From: an uncultured virus (IMG/VR IMGVR_UViG_3300043177_000093)
Taxonomy: Duplodnaviria; Heunggongvirae; Uroviricota; Caudoviricetes
Length of the DNA: 63,433 nucleotides
Strand: one strand, 5' to 3'
Virus record (IMG/VR): IMGVR_UViG_3300043177_000093
Coordinates: 1 to 63,433 of that record
This document shows, piece by piece, positions 16,123 to 26,036 of the stretch (position 1 is its first letter; every line of letters starts with the position of its first letter). Under the pieces are notes generated by a model. It was not told the DNA's origin. It did no database searches and saw only the letters and a list, made by a program, of their open reading frames with translations. A program made the translations under genes and the position numbers.

Positions 16123-16654
16123 CTTTCTTTCCCTTCTTCTTTCTGCCGAACATCGAGAAAACAGCAGTCAAAATTGGCTCAACCAATCTCTTGATCACAG
16201 GTCCAGCCAGTGGCCCAAATTTGATTGCAGCTGCGGCTGCCGCCGCTCCGGCCACAGCACTAGCAGCGGCGTCGCGCTTGTCGAAGCGTTCCGTCTTGAT
16301 CTCACTGATCGTTGGCACGGGTCTACCAGGCTTGGCTCTAGTTATAGGAACCTGAATAGGAGGGGCACCCTCTTGTTCTGAAGCATCTTGCACTGGAGGA
16401 GGAGATTCCGATGCTCCCGAGGAGGGTGCCCCGTAGCGAAGCTCTTGAATCAGAGCGTAGAGATCGTCCCTGGTGATTCCGCCATCAGTCTCCTCTCCAG
16501 CCAGATCCCAGCTGAGGCCCAACTCAATCCAGGATCCATCCTCATCGTAGGAGTTCTTGGGACCATCAATTTCTCCGGAGCCAATACCGTATCGAACATC
16601 GAATCGATCTGGATACAGATCCTGGAACGCTAGGAGACAGATAACAGAAATCAT
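16097..16654 (-). CDS. exported/membrane hypothetical protein
   Basis: short signal MISVICLLAFQ, Ala-rich hydrophobic C-terminal segment. Confidence 0.55.
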   Translation of the reverse strand: MISVICLLAFQDLYPDRFDVRYGIGSGEIDGPKNSYDEDGSWIELGLSWDLAGEETDGGITRDDLYALIQELRYGAPSSGASESPPPVQDASEQEGAPPIQVPITRAKPGRPVPTISEIKTERFDKRDAAASAVAGAAAAAAAIKFGPLAGPVIKRLVEPILTAVFSMFGRKKKGKKDAGQGQKD

Positions 16655-16658
16655 GTTC

Positions 16659-17399
16659 TTATACTAATATCAGAGAAAAGGAGCTAGCCACACCCAGATC
16701 GTTCACACTGGTTGTGCCCGTAACCTTGATACGGGTCTTCTGAGCCAATTGCAGCAATAGGTCGTCTTCGTCCAAATGAGCCCACCCACTACCAGCCCGA
16801 GTAAGCTCTTGGACTGATATGACCCGCCAACCAACACCGTCTTCGGCAATCATCAGACGCATTTCCATCGAGCCATCAGTAGCTTTCAGAAGATGGTTGT
16901 GCCAACTAATGAGGAACCCGGTCTTGCCCGCCGGAATAGTATAGGCTGCCGTCCAATTTTGGCCATAGCCTGCTGGCATGACTGCAACAGCGTTCGATCC
17001 TGAAACCGTCTGAACAGTAATATCACCCTCATTGGTCTCTGAACTGCCCGTAGTTATGATCTCAACCCGATCGATGAATCGATAGTTGTTGGTCAGCGTC
17101 ACCGCAGTGGTCCCATTCATGGACACAGTTTCTAGCTGCTCATTCCAACTGGAGTCAAGACCAACCACTTTTACGGTTCTAGCACCAGTTCCAGTAGAAC
17201 TCACGTCATCAACATCAGAGCTAATGATTTCCATAGCCACAGCTGAAGTTTGCCAATTCAAAGTCCCACCCGGGCAGATATCCTCAGTAGCAGCAGTATC
17301 GATATCTCGATTCACGCCACTCCTCCGGACGTAGGTGTAGCCCTGAATCTTGCCTCTGGCGACTTCTAGGATGAAGTCTCTATCAGCTAGAAAGGTCAA
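16659..17399 (-). CDS. putative virion structural beta protein
   Basis: TGARTV.V.GLD..W.E..ETV..NGT...AAYTIPAGKTGF, typical of phage structural proteins. Confidence 0.6.
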   Translation of the reverse strand: MTFLADRDFILEVARGKIQGYTYVRRSGVNRDIDTAATEDICPGGTLNWQTSAVAMEIISSDVDDVSSTGTGARTVKVVGLDSSWNEQLETVSMNGTTAVTLTNNYRFIDRVEIITTGSSETNEGDITVQTVSGSNAVAVMPAGYGQNWTAAYTIPAGKTGFLISWHNHLLKATDGSMEMRLMIAEDGVGWRVISVQELTRAGSGWAHLDEDDLLLQLAQKTRIKVTGTTSVNDLGVASSFSLILV

Positions 17400-17554
17400 T
17401 CACGCACCTCAATCCTTCCTCCAAGTCGGCCGGTAATCGGAGACATAATGAACTTACCCTCTGGAGTAGCGTGCCAGGTGAAGACAGCCTTGGGAGGCTT
17501 GCTTCTCTTCTGAGCAGGCTTCTTTTTCCGAGCAGTGCTCTTTTTGTTTTTCAT
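17396..17554 (-). CDS. 52-aa basic microprotein (not in ORF track)
   Basis: MKNKKSTARKKKPAQKRSKPP...; overlaps both neighbours' start/stop codons. Confidence 0.4.
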   Translation of the reverse strand: MKNKKSTARKKKPAQKRSKPPKAVFTWHATPEGKFIMSPITGRLGGRIEVRD

Positions 17555-18213
17555 ACAATAAGCCAATTACTTCCGTCACATGCCAGCGTCACAGACTCAT
17601 ATTGAGTTGCTAGTTGAATAGTCAACTCACCATCAATTGTCTCTGAGGCATTTCCATCAATTGTCACCAAATAGACTAGATTTGCGTCAGTCCGCTTGAA
17701 GGTAAAAGCTCGACTCCCCGCACCGGACGCAGCTGGAAGCGTTACTGTTATATTAGCCGCACCAGCGCTGATAAGATAGATTGCTGCTTCCGACAGAGAT
17801 GCCGTAAAACTGGCTGTCTTTGAAACCACGGTCCAAGTAGGGGCTGTAGTTGGAGCTGTTGTGATTTCTACCCAGTTTGTCCCATCGTATCTGTAATCCT
17901 TGGCTTCATCGTGAACCCAAGCATCCCAACCACTCCTCGGTTGCCAAAAGACCCATGCGCTGTTGTAATAACCTGTAATATACTTCGCTTTTCCTGACCA
18001 AGCCCCAGTAGGAGATGTGCTAATTATATAGACATCTCCCTCAGTGGGAGATCCTGGGGGCGTATTTAGATCCTTGTCCAGCGCCCTTATCTTAGGAATC
18101 AGAACATCAAGGGCATTCGTGTTCTCATTGATCCGAGTTGCTTGCCCAGTTGCGTTGGCTTCGACCTTTATCAACTGGACATTCGGGGTTTTTGCTAGTG
18201 CGGTTTGTGCCAT
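17551..18213 (-). CDS. DUF2793-like tail fiber protein
   Basis: PPGSP.EGD.YII...PTGAWSGK...W.F..P..GW.AWV.DE, plus a C-terminal T.TLPAA...IDG module. Confidence 0.75.
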   Translation of the reverse strand: MAQTALAKTPNVQLIKVEANATGQATRINENTNALDVLIPKIRALDKDLNTPPGSPTEGDVYIISTSPTGAWSGKAKYITGYYNSAWVFWQPRSGWDAWVHDEAKDYRYDGTNWVEITTAPTTAPTWTVVSKTASFTASLSEAAIYLISAGAANITVTLPAASGAGSRAFTFKRTDANLVYLVTIDGNASETIDGELTIQLATQYESVTLACDGSNWLIV

Positions 18214-18216
18214 ACC

Positions 18217-18504
18217 TCACTCCACAGTGGCAAACGTGTTATCCGTTCTAATCAAAATTGTCCCAATTCTAGAACTACCAGACCACCGCTTGCCGAGTTC
18301 GATTTCTCCACGCTCATTACAAGAAACATAATCCGGTGGCAGCAACCCAAATTCTTGTAGCACCCGACACGAGCCAACAGCCCTCTCTAGAAATACAGGA
18401 TCGGGGGCTTCCGCCAGCAGAGGAGGAGAAACTTTCCAAGATTCTATTTCCTGGATTACAGCTTTCCAACACATCATAGGAAACGAGTCACCTCCAAAGT
18501 TCAT
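18217..18504 (-). CDS. hypothetical protein
   Basis: 95 aa, start overlaps the upstream stop. Confidence 0.4.
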   Translation of the reverse strand: MNFGGDSFPMMCWKAVIQEIESWKVSPPLLAEAPDPVFLERAVGSCRVLQEFGLLPPDYVSCNERGEIELGKRWSGSSRIGTILIRTDNTFATVE

Positions 18505-21500
18505 CAGAGCGTTTCCTCTGAAGCCATACCATCTTGCACAAACTTAGAAACCTGGACGATCTCTACGGTGACTGGATTTCCGGGGACTATGCCATCAGTA
18601 GATTGCTGTGTGGCGTTATAGGTAGTCGTATTACTCGTAGTGATTATCTCTCTCACTGCAACAGATGCGCCAGGAGTCAAAAGAATCCGCACCTTGTACT
18701 TTACTTCCTCTTCGTCATGAGCAGTGTTGTGATCCAGAAACTGAATCGACCGGCGTGTCTGACGTTCCCAAGTGATGGTGAGGTCGTTAGATTCATTCCT
18801 GGAGCCGGTGATATTTACAGGACGGAACGGCTTGCAGCAGCGCCCTGTGCTCGTGAAGAGACGATCCCGCGCATCCTGGATCTGCCCACCACCAGCAACG
18901 AGCTTGTAGTAGAAAGACTCGTTTATCCGATTTACTGAGTGAGGCACAAAGTAGATACCAGGACCATCTAGCCAAACAAAACGCTCGTATGGAATATGAT
19001 TAGCAATCTCTGTAAAAGTGTCCTTGAGTCCACGGAGCAGCGTGGTCAGTTCATACGTGATTTGTCCAGTGACAGAATCTTCTGCGATTGCAGTGCAATT
19101 AGCAGCTCCAATAATTTCATCCCCAATCAGGAAGCGATTCTTGCCTGCTAGCAGTTCGTCTTCTGTCACACTTTCCAAAGTGAATCCCTTCAAGAGCTGA
19201 ACTCGAAGTGTAGAAGCGTAATCGATGTTGTAGTGTGTTACAGTGAGACTCGGCAGATAGGTAACAACACCCATCACAGCTTCCTGTGCAAATCTTTCTA
19301 TCAGACGGAAGTTAGAATCCGGCTCCGGGGATTCGTAGAGACTAAACCCTCGCCAGGGCGCACGCATGTCCGAAGAGGAGCCTGCCACATAGAACCCAGG
19401 CTGATTCACTTGCTCATCCTGTAGTGGCGGTAGATCCATCATCTGCCCGACGATGCTAGGAGCCCAGGTCACAGCCCTGGGCTGGGTCTCGCCCTCACCT
19501 GTGAAGGGGATAGCTCCTTCGCCCAGAGTCGTCTGAGTGAGGATGCTCAGGTCTTCCCAGACCCCCTCACATTGGACCAAGTAGTTGTTTCCAACTTCCA
19601 CACGGGTCGTCAAGAAGTCCCAAGTGCGCCCGTAGCCTACGAAGGTTGCGCGCATGGATTCTTGAATCTGATTTATAAAAGATGGAGAAAGTGTCCAAGT
19701 GGCAGACACCCTAGACAGGTTCGACTGAGCTAGCATAGTCTCAGCAAGTTGCTGAGCTTGGTTTCCAGTCATCACCATCTGGGTATCGATTTCTCTCACA
19801 TCAGCGCTGATCTCGTCAGTCAATCTAGCGCGTTTTGCTCCTACTTGATAGCCATTGTCTGAGTCATAATATCGAACTATGACTTCCTGAACGGCCTTCA
19901 CATCACCTGCATCAGTAATCTTGAGCAATCCTGAATCAGTTGAGTCTGGCTCGTGTGCGCCAGTCAGTCCAGTGATTGTAATGTTAGAGGCAGCACCTCG
20001 TTGGAAGAACTTTATGACACCAGCATTCTGTTGGGCTAACAGTTTGTTTGTGAGCAGTATTGGTTGAAGGGCTGATTTGAGTTCAAGAGCACCACGGATT
20101 GCGAAGCCACCAAGTGTTCCAGTTACTCCAGACACATCAAAATCAGCAGTAGCCAGTCCAGCATCCAGCATTATCTCTGACAATGCTGTAGCCATTGTGT
20201 CATCATCACCAACCTCAACTACGAACTCAAAATTGGGAATACGGTTCCCGAAGTCGGTTCCTTCTAAATCCTCCACCACCATGTAGGCTTTGTTTCTGTG
20301 TGCGGGGACATTAGCAGCCCCTCCAAGACCACTTTGCTCAATCTCAACGATTAGGGGGTCTGCAATCTGATCCCTAGTGCCATTGTAGAATCTAACATCC
20401 GCAACCTGAGTCTTAGAAAACTGAGGCTGCTCTTGGAAGATGGTAACAGAATCTCCAGCACCCTTACCAGCAAATGTTGGCGTCACTAGTGAACTGGTGA
20501 CACGGAATGTCGCAGTAGAGGCATTGTTGGGCTCGTCCAACATACTAGAAACACATTGGTATGTTCCGTTGTTTCCAGAGCCGTGACCCACTGGGACTAT
20601 GACAGCATCCGCAGCTGCTGTAGATGCCAATCCTGGAGTAAATGTGACAACGTGAAGTTCAGCTGCCACACTCCACGTTCTATCTGATCTCAAAACAGTA
20701 TAGGTGCCTGCAACTCCGTTTATGGTAAAAGTGTCTCCAACATACAATGTTCCAAATGGGACAGATCCTGTAGATTCTACCACCATGTTGGTAGACCCAG
20801 CACTACGAGATGGGATGACTAATACTCCAGTTGGAAAGTCGGTAGGGATTTGTGCTTGCGTGCCGTTTACTTTCAGTTTTCCTTGCAGTGGGTGGACACC
20901 ATCTGTAAATCCAGAGATGGTTGCGTTTTTGCCACTCTGGAGCTTGGACAAGTCCATCAAAGAGTTGTCACTACTCCTCAGCGTCATCCCCCGGAAGGTA
21001 ACAGATTGCCCTGTTCCGCTATTGAAGATTTCTACCTCAGCATCGGAGGCCGAAGCACTTACAACAGAAGCAGTAATGTTGAAATCTGCATTCTGTTTGT
21101 AGAACAGCTTCCCGTCGGCGTAGACCTCTTTGATTCCCTTTATGCCCTTCCCTCGTTTTGTCCGACAGATTTCAATGGCAGCATGAGAGTAGTATTTGAA
21201 CTCGACAAACTCTCCACCACTACCACCCTTAGAGGAATGTTGGGAGTCTCGTACTTCACGCCATCTGGTTTGCCAAATGACAGTCCCTGCGACTCGAATA
21301 GCTCGCCCAAACAATCTGTTGGCAGGAGAACCCTCTTCGGTTCTTTGGATTTCTAGATTATTGAATCGATTGCCCTCTACCGGCTCAACCGGGAAAATAG
21401 CGGGATAAATCAGCTTGGCATCTATGGCAAAAGCAGCTAGGTTGGCGAAGAATGAGCCGACTGCTCCAGGAGCAAACAGCCCAATCTCAACCCCGGAAGC

Positions 21501-21548
21501 GTTTAGCGCTAGTAGTGCTGCCTGTACCATAATCCCAAAGCCAAGCAC
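18504..21548 (-). CDS. central tail fiber / baseplate protein (GTA megatron/lambda J-like)
   Basis: FG..IRVAGTVIW, PAHR..AY.V.EDL...DFGNRIPN, IGDEII, L.RG, DL.I.W.R.TR; start may be ATG 21530. Confidence 0.85.
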   Translation of the reverse strand: MLGFGIMVQAALLALNASGVEIGLFAPGAVGSFFANLAAFAIDAKLIYPAIFPVEPVEGNRFNNLEIQRTEEGSPANRLFGRAIRVAGTVIWQTRWREVRDSQHSSKGGSGGEFVEFKYYSHAAIEICRTKRGKGIKGIKEVYADGKLFYKQNADFNITASVVSASASDAEVEIFNSGTGQSVTFRGMTLRSSDNSLMDLSKLQSGKNATISGFTDGVHPLQGKLKVNGTQAQIPTDFPTGVLVIPSRSAGSTNMVVESTGSVPFGTLYVGDTFTINGVAGTYTVLRSDRTWSVAAELHVVTFTPGLASTAAADAVIVPVGHGSGNNGTYQCVSSMLDEPNNASTATFRVTSSLVTPTFAGKGAGDSVTIFQEQPQFSKTQVADVRFYNGTRDQIADPLIVEIEQSGLGGAANVPAHRNKAYMVVEDLEGTDFGNRIPNFEFVVEVGDDDTMATALSEIMLDAGLATADFDVSGVTGTLGGFAIRGALELKSALQPILLTNKLLAQQNAGVIKFFQRGAASNITITGLTGAHEPDSTDSGLLKITDAGDVKAVQEVIVRYYDSDNGYQVGAKRARLTDEISADVREIDTQMVMTGNQAQQLAETMLAQSNLSRVSATWTLSPSFINQIQESMRATFVGYGRTWDFLTTRVEVGNNYLVQCEGVWEDLSILTQTTLGEGAIPFTGEGETQPRAVTWAPSIVGQMMDLPPLQDEQVNQPGFYVAGSSSDMRAPWRGFSLYESPEPDSNFRLIERFAQEAVMGVVTYLPSLTVTHYNIDYASTLRVQLLKGFTLESVTEDELLAGKNRFLIGDEIIGAANCTAIAEDSVTGQITYELTTLLRGLKDTFTEIANHIPYERFVWLDGPGIYFVPHSVNRINESFYYKLVAGGGQIQDARDRLFTSTGRCCKPFRPVNITGSRNESNDLTITWERQTRRSIQFLDHNTAHDEEEVKYKVRILLTPGASVAVREIITTSNTTTYNATQQSTDGIVPGNPVTVEIVQVSKFVQDGMASEETL

Positions 21549-21936
21549 TCTTGATTCGTTTTTCCCACGAGGCTGTCATGGGCTCAAATCGCACAGTGCC
21601 ACCACTGGGGCGACTCATGGCATGGATAAAACCATATTGATCACGAATCCCAACGTGATGACCAATGCCCATGCGCACAAGATCAAAAAGAATAATCGAG
21701 CCCAATCGATCCGTTGCTTCCAGTTTGTCACAGTATTTATACAGAAGCTCCTCTAGGGTCCTACCAGGAACATCACGTCCATAAGCATTGAAATCTTCAT
21801 GTGGAAGCCCTTCCTTCTTGGCAATCCAAATTAGCATTCCAACGCAGTCGATGCCTGTGGCCGGATCTCTTCCTTGATGCCGGAACTTGGTTCCAATCAA
21901 GTATCTAGCATCAGCTAAAATGCTAGCTGAAATCAT
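21487..21936 (-). CDS. NlpC/P60 tail tip peptidase
   Basis: GT.FRHQGR....GIDCVG...HVGI....FIHA. Confidence 0.85.
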   Translation of the reverse strand: MISASILADARYLIGTKFRHQGRDPATGIDCVGMLIWIAKKEGLPHEDFNAYGRDVPGRTLEELLYKYCDKLEATDRLGSIILFDLVRMGIGHHVGIRDQYGFIHAMSRPSGGTVRFEPMTASWEKRIKSAWLWDYGTGSTTSAKRFRG

Positions 21937-24900
21937 CTGGTGGGCGTGTCCAACGTCTTGTCAGTAGAGGGCATGAACGCACGACCACCGAAATTTACAG
22001 CATTGTTGAATTTGTCTCGGCAATCTAACTTCAACCTTTTTCTACAACCAGGCGTAATCACAAAAGTATCATTGACAGCAATAGCATTAGGCATTGCAAA
22101 TGCCAGCTCAATTGTCTTTGTGCTATTTGTGTAGAATTTGACCTCTCCCACCAGGCCAGCGTTGCTTCCGGTCAGCCAAAGAACTCGCCCTTTGCCAAAA
22201 TAATCATCAGCAGCGATTGCTGGATTTAGTGTGGTGGCAGTGAACTTCTTTCTTGGCGTGCCATTATCTACTGTAGAAACAGCAATGTTGTAATTAGTCA
22301 ATGGGCGAATATCCTTAGTGCAGTCTTCATCACCAAGAACATATGGGCAGCTGACAGTTATGACTTCACCAACGCGCTGCTCCAGTTTGGCGGCTGGCCC
22401 TAACAATTCAGCATTCCACTTTTCAGAATCGAAGGTGATCTGCCCAACAGTGAATTGCCACTCCTTGTACGGCACAGTCCAAGGGAAGCGCCAATCCAAA
22501 AGAAACTTGCGCACGCGAGCACCACGGAAATATCCGCCACCAAGGTGATTTACTTGGATGTAATTCGATGTGATGGCTCCAGCTATCTCTGTGTTGGACT
22601 CCTTGAGTCCGGCTTCGACTCGCGTGGCTGTGTCTTGGACACCAGAAATGGGCAAGTATGTCTGCCCTGCGTGAACGAGGGCCTCACTACAATCAGTGAA
22701 GAAGTAGGCAACGCCGTCTCTGCGCACAATTTCCCAACAGGTAGCCCATCTAGCAGCCTCCTGTGGCTTTGGAGTTACTAATAGAGGACTATAGAAAAGT
22801 CCCTCGTAGACTCCGATATCATATGGAGCGTAGCGTCTATTCCCGGTAATATCAGTTGAGAAGAATGTGCCCAGACCAAGTGATCCAACATTTAACAATG
22901 GGGAACTAGAAGGCAATCTAAAATCATCTGCTGCCGCATCTCGGAATAGAGTAGAGACACTTTGACTCGTCAATGATCCAGTGCCAGTTGCAGAGGTATC
23001 TCCAGAAGCGCAGTGATCAAACAGCAAATTATCTGCTTCACCACTGTTATTCTGAAAATCCACATCTGGCCCAGTAACTGTGTTTGTGGTGGCAATCGAG
23101 ACACAGCCAGAAACCCTAGTTTTGTACGAGGATAGCTGGAGCAACAATCCGTAGGCTGAAGCGACGTTCCCACGGATGGAATGAATGATGCAATGGAGCA
23201 CGTTAGTATTGAGGCATCCAGGAGTAATCTGGATGCCCCTTGTTGCTCCAGTGTTACCGCTAGACGACCCCTTGGCTATGCAGTTAGTCAGTTGATTGAA
23301 GTTCCCTGCAACCTCGATGCAGGCTCCGATTGGTCTGGCTGCGGTTCCCGCATATCTGACAAACAACGAATCCAATTCACAGTTATTGGCAAACAGTTCG
23401 ATTCCGCCAGGGTTCCGATCAGTAACCGCACTCGTAGCAGTCTGGTCAATGCGGAAGCCTTCCAAACGGATCCAATCACAACTGATCCAGAAAACCGCTC
23501 GATCAGCGGTGGCTCCGAGATAGTTTCCAGCATATTTGAATGAGACACCTCTTCCATCAAATGGAGTGTATCTGTGATCTGTGGCGGCCCGAATGGTGAT
23601 GTTGTGGACACTGTTTGTGACGTGATTGAAATAGTCGATGTAGCAAGTTTTGCCCGCACTGAATTCGGCATCTGAATACACTTCAGCAATATGAATTTCA
23701 TTAGCCGAATACAGACTAGCAGGAACTTTGTCAGCCAACCACACACTCAAAGATTCATATTGCTTGAATCTGCCAATCGTGCTTGTTATTGTAGTAGTAG
23801 TTGATGTGTTTAGGGGAAGAGTAGCTCCCTGATAAGCCCCAACATCCCAATTACCAGCAGCTCCTGTATCTGGACGGTCAGTACCAGCAAAATCAGAGTC
23901 CGCTCCTGGACCAGTTGAGCCCAGAAATTGAGTACTCTCGTTTGAGCCGGTTTCAAGCGCGGGAGACCCAAAGCGCAATCTGAAATCTCGGCTGTTGTGA
24001 TCTAAGAATGTCCCTTGTGCTGTAGCGTTGACTGAAACATAGTTTGTGCCAGCAACAATGTTGCTTCCAGTCACATTGTTCTTGAATGTGGCATCAAAAA
24101 CTCCAGAGAAATTGCTCCCACAGTCTATTGCAATATTATTGACAAGGCTCGGAGCAGTCTGAGCTGTGTATGGGCGGAAGAATCCGTAACCACCAAGAGC
24201 TTTTATGTTGTAAAGAGTGCAATTGTAGCAGCCACCCCCACCACCAAAATCACCCCAAAGTATTCCAGCAGACAGACCATAAGCTGTTCCGGAACCCTGG
24301 ATGATTGTATTATAGACCCAATTGTTGGTTGAGATGTTTCCAGAGATTCCTTGGAAAACAATACCTGTATAGGTGTATTGTCCTTTTGAGGGATCAACGG
24401 CGTCCTCGTCTGCTGCGTCGGCGAAGAGTGGAGGTGATATGCTTACATTTTGTATTTGGTTGGCTGTAAATGTAACTGAAGCTTGAACTTGGTAGATTCC
24501 GCCAACATTGGTGATGGTTATCCAATCACCAACAGTCAAAGTTCCAGCAATTGAAGACTGTAATCGTACTTGGCTATCACCTCTGCCGTTCTGAGCGCTC
24601 GTCGCTCCAGTGGACTCAATGCTTAGTGCTCCATCCAGCGGGTGTGAGCCGGTAGTCGAAGCAACATCACCACCATGCCATGCTGCTAGGTAGCAGTTGT
24701 AGATTTTGACGTTATTACAACTACGAACATTTATTAGGCGATTTCCGATCGTATCAGTGGTGGCAGCTGTAAAACGCTTATGAAAAGAGCCAAAGATTCC
24801 AATACCAGAAATTCTGGCGAAGTTTTCATTTATATCAAATCCCTTGTCATTGGCTGTGTTGCTCCACTCAACAATTAGCTTAGGACCAGAATTTGTATAG

Positions 24901-25670
24901 GGATTATACGTGCTCTCACCTTGTAGATGCCGATAATGAGTAGCACTGACTGTTCCAGCTAGACCACTCCAAGTCAGTGTGGAGGCATTTACTCGGTGAG
25001 TTCCATTTTTTAGAACCCCAATCTCGATTCCCGTTGTTGAGGAGTTTGTTGCAGCCAGCCATGAGGCAATGGTCTTGTGGTTGGCTGCAAGGGGATCTGA
25101 AGTTCCAATCGACAGGTACGATGTGCTATAGGAGCCTTCTTCAAACTGAGCACCCCAAGCCCACACAGATCCAGTAGCAGCGCCAGTGGCAGCCGAGATG
25201 GCAAACGTGATTGCTCCGGCTGTTCCAGAAGATATCATCGCCAGCGTGAAGCGATAGTAACTATTATCTGCTGGAACAAAGTAGGCATTCGTGTAGCTAG
25301 GAGATCCCCCTGTAGCAGTTGTGAACGTGGGAACACCACTTGCCCAGGTGATGTTCATGGTCAAGCTGAGCGTTCCAGAAGTCAGAACTAATGTTGTTGT
25401 GGTGCTACTATTAGGTCTAATATAGATGCTAGCAGCATAGATTGTATTTATTGTCAACTCTGCTGCGAGCACAGTTTGAGTCAGTGTGAATGTCGCTCCA
25501 GTTTTGTTTACCAACTCTGCTGGCGTTCCAGGAACTGTAGAGATTCCAGCTACCTGGTTATCTGCTGTAACTGAGCCCGTTCCAGAACGCACCCAAGACG
25601 TAGTATTGTCCAGGATCTCAGTTCTGAGAAACCGATTCTTACTACCAGGTCCAATTGTAAGCGTGGCCAT
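21933..25670 (-). CDS. baseplate hub (DUF2163/BR0599-like C-terminus) fused to ~970 aa of CBM-like and beta-helix domains
   Basis: C-terminal ATCW.I.RRDG...FTD, CPY.LGD..C, PGC.K...C..KFNN.VNFGG..F.P; N-terminal WGAQFE.G and two DFRL...SP....G...D.G.Y beta-helix end motifs. Confidence 0.8.
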   Translation of the reverse strand: MATLTIGPGSKNRFLRTEILDNTTSWVRSGTGSVTADNQVAGISTVPGTPAELVNKTGATFTLTQTVLAAELTINTIYAASIYIRPNSSTTTTLVLTSGTLSLTMNITWASGVPTFTTATGGSPSYTNAYFVPADNSYYRFTLAMISSGTAGAITFAISAATGAATGSVWAWGAQFEEGSYSTSYLSIGTSDPLAANHKTIASWLAATNSSTTGIEIGVLKNGTHRVNASTLTWSGLAGTVSATHYRHLQGESTYNPYTNSGPKLIVEWSNTANDKGFDINENFARISGIGIFGSFHKRFTAATTDTIGNRLINVRSCNNVKIYNCYLAAWHGGDVASTTGSHPLDGALSIESTGATSAQNGRGDSQVRLQSSIAGTLTVGDWITITNVGGIYQVQASVTFTANQIQNVSISPPLFADAADEDAVDPSKGQYTYTGIVFQGISGNISTNNWVYNTIIQGSGTAYGLSAGILWGDFGGGGGCYNCTLYNIKALGGYGFFRPYTAQTAPSLVNNIAIDCGSNFSGVFDATFKNNVTGSNIVAGTNYVSVNATAQGTFLDHNSRDFRLRFGSPALETGSNESTQFLGSTGPGADSDFAGTDRPDTGAAGNWDVGAYQGATLPLNTSTTTTITSTIGRFKQYESLSVWLADKVPASLYSANEIHIAEVYSDAEFSAGKTCYIDYFNHVTNSVHNITIRAATDHRYTPFDGRGVSFKYAGNYLGATADRAVFWISCDWIRLEGFRIDQTATSAVTDRNPGGIELFANNCELDSLFVRYAGTAARPIGACIEVAGNFNQLTNCIAKGSSSGNTGATRGIQITPGCLNTNVLHCIIHSIRGNVASAYGLLLQLSSYKTRVSGCVSIATTNTVTGPDVDFQNNSGEADNLLFDHCASGDTSATGTGSLTSQSVSTLFRDAAADDFRLPSSSPLLNVGSLGLGTFFSTDITGNRRYAPYDIGVYEGLFYSPLLVTPKPQEAARWATCWEIVRRDGVAYFFTDCSEALVHAGQTYLPISGVQDTATRVEAGLKESNTEIAGAITSNYIQVNHLGGGYFRGARVRKFLLDWRFPWTVPYKEWQFTVGQITFDSEKWNAELLGPAAKLEQRVGEVITVSCPYVLGDEDCTKDIRPLTNYNIAVSTVDNGTPRKKFTATTLNPAIAADDYFGKGRVLWLTGSNAGLVGEVKFYTNSTKTIELAFAMPNAIAVNDTFVITPGCRKRLKLDCRDKFNNAVNFGGRAFMPSTDKTLDTPTR

Positions 25671-25673
25671 TTT

Positions 25674-26033
25674 CTATGGCCTCCAATCCCACTGACTCTG
25701 GTAGCCGGTCCATTCTTTGCTGCCGCTGTTATTATAGACTGAAATGATCACACCTTTTTTCGTCCCCAGGCTGAACGTAGTAAATCCAGAACCTGCAAGG
25801 TTGAAGGCGTTTGTTGATCCCCCATTGATGATGATCAGATTGTGGATTCCAACAGACAGTCTTGGATCTAACAAGTTCGGAAGTGTCACAGTCTGGCCAG
25901 AAGATGTGAGTGTGATCACCAATACACGAGGAAAGCCCAAGGTCAATTCTGCTATTGGAGGGCTCTGAAAACTGAATCCAGTCGATCGGGAGATCGCCTG
26001 CCCCCCACCATAGAAATCTGCTAGCGCTAGCAT
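25674..26033 (-). CDS. small tail protein, paralog of the Dit C-terminal extension
   Basis: FYGGG..RVL..T.TLPN..L..G..I.NGGS shared with the end of 26037-27011. Confidence 0.55.
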   Translation of the reverse strand: MLALADFYGGGQAISRSTGFSFQSPPIAELTLGFPRVLVITLTSSGQTVTLPNLLDPRLSVGIHNLIIINGGSTNAFNLAGSGFTTFSLGTKKGVIISVYNNSGSKEWTGYQSQWDWRP

Positions 26034-26036
26034 GAC

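Noticed and set aside
17551-25670. Diversity-generating retroelement or invertible tail-fiber cassette
   Set aside because: No reverse transcriptase, recombinase or TR/VR repeat pair was noticed in the window.
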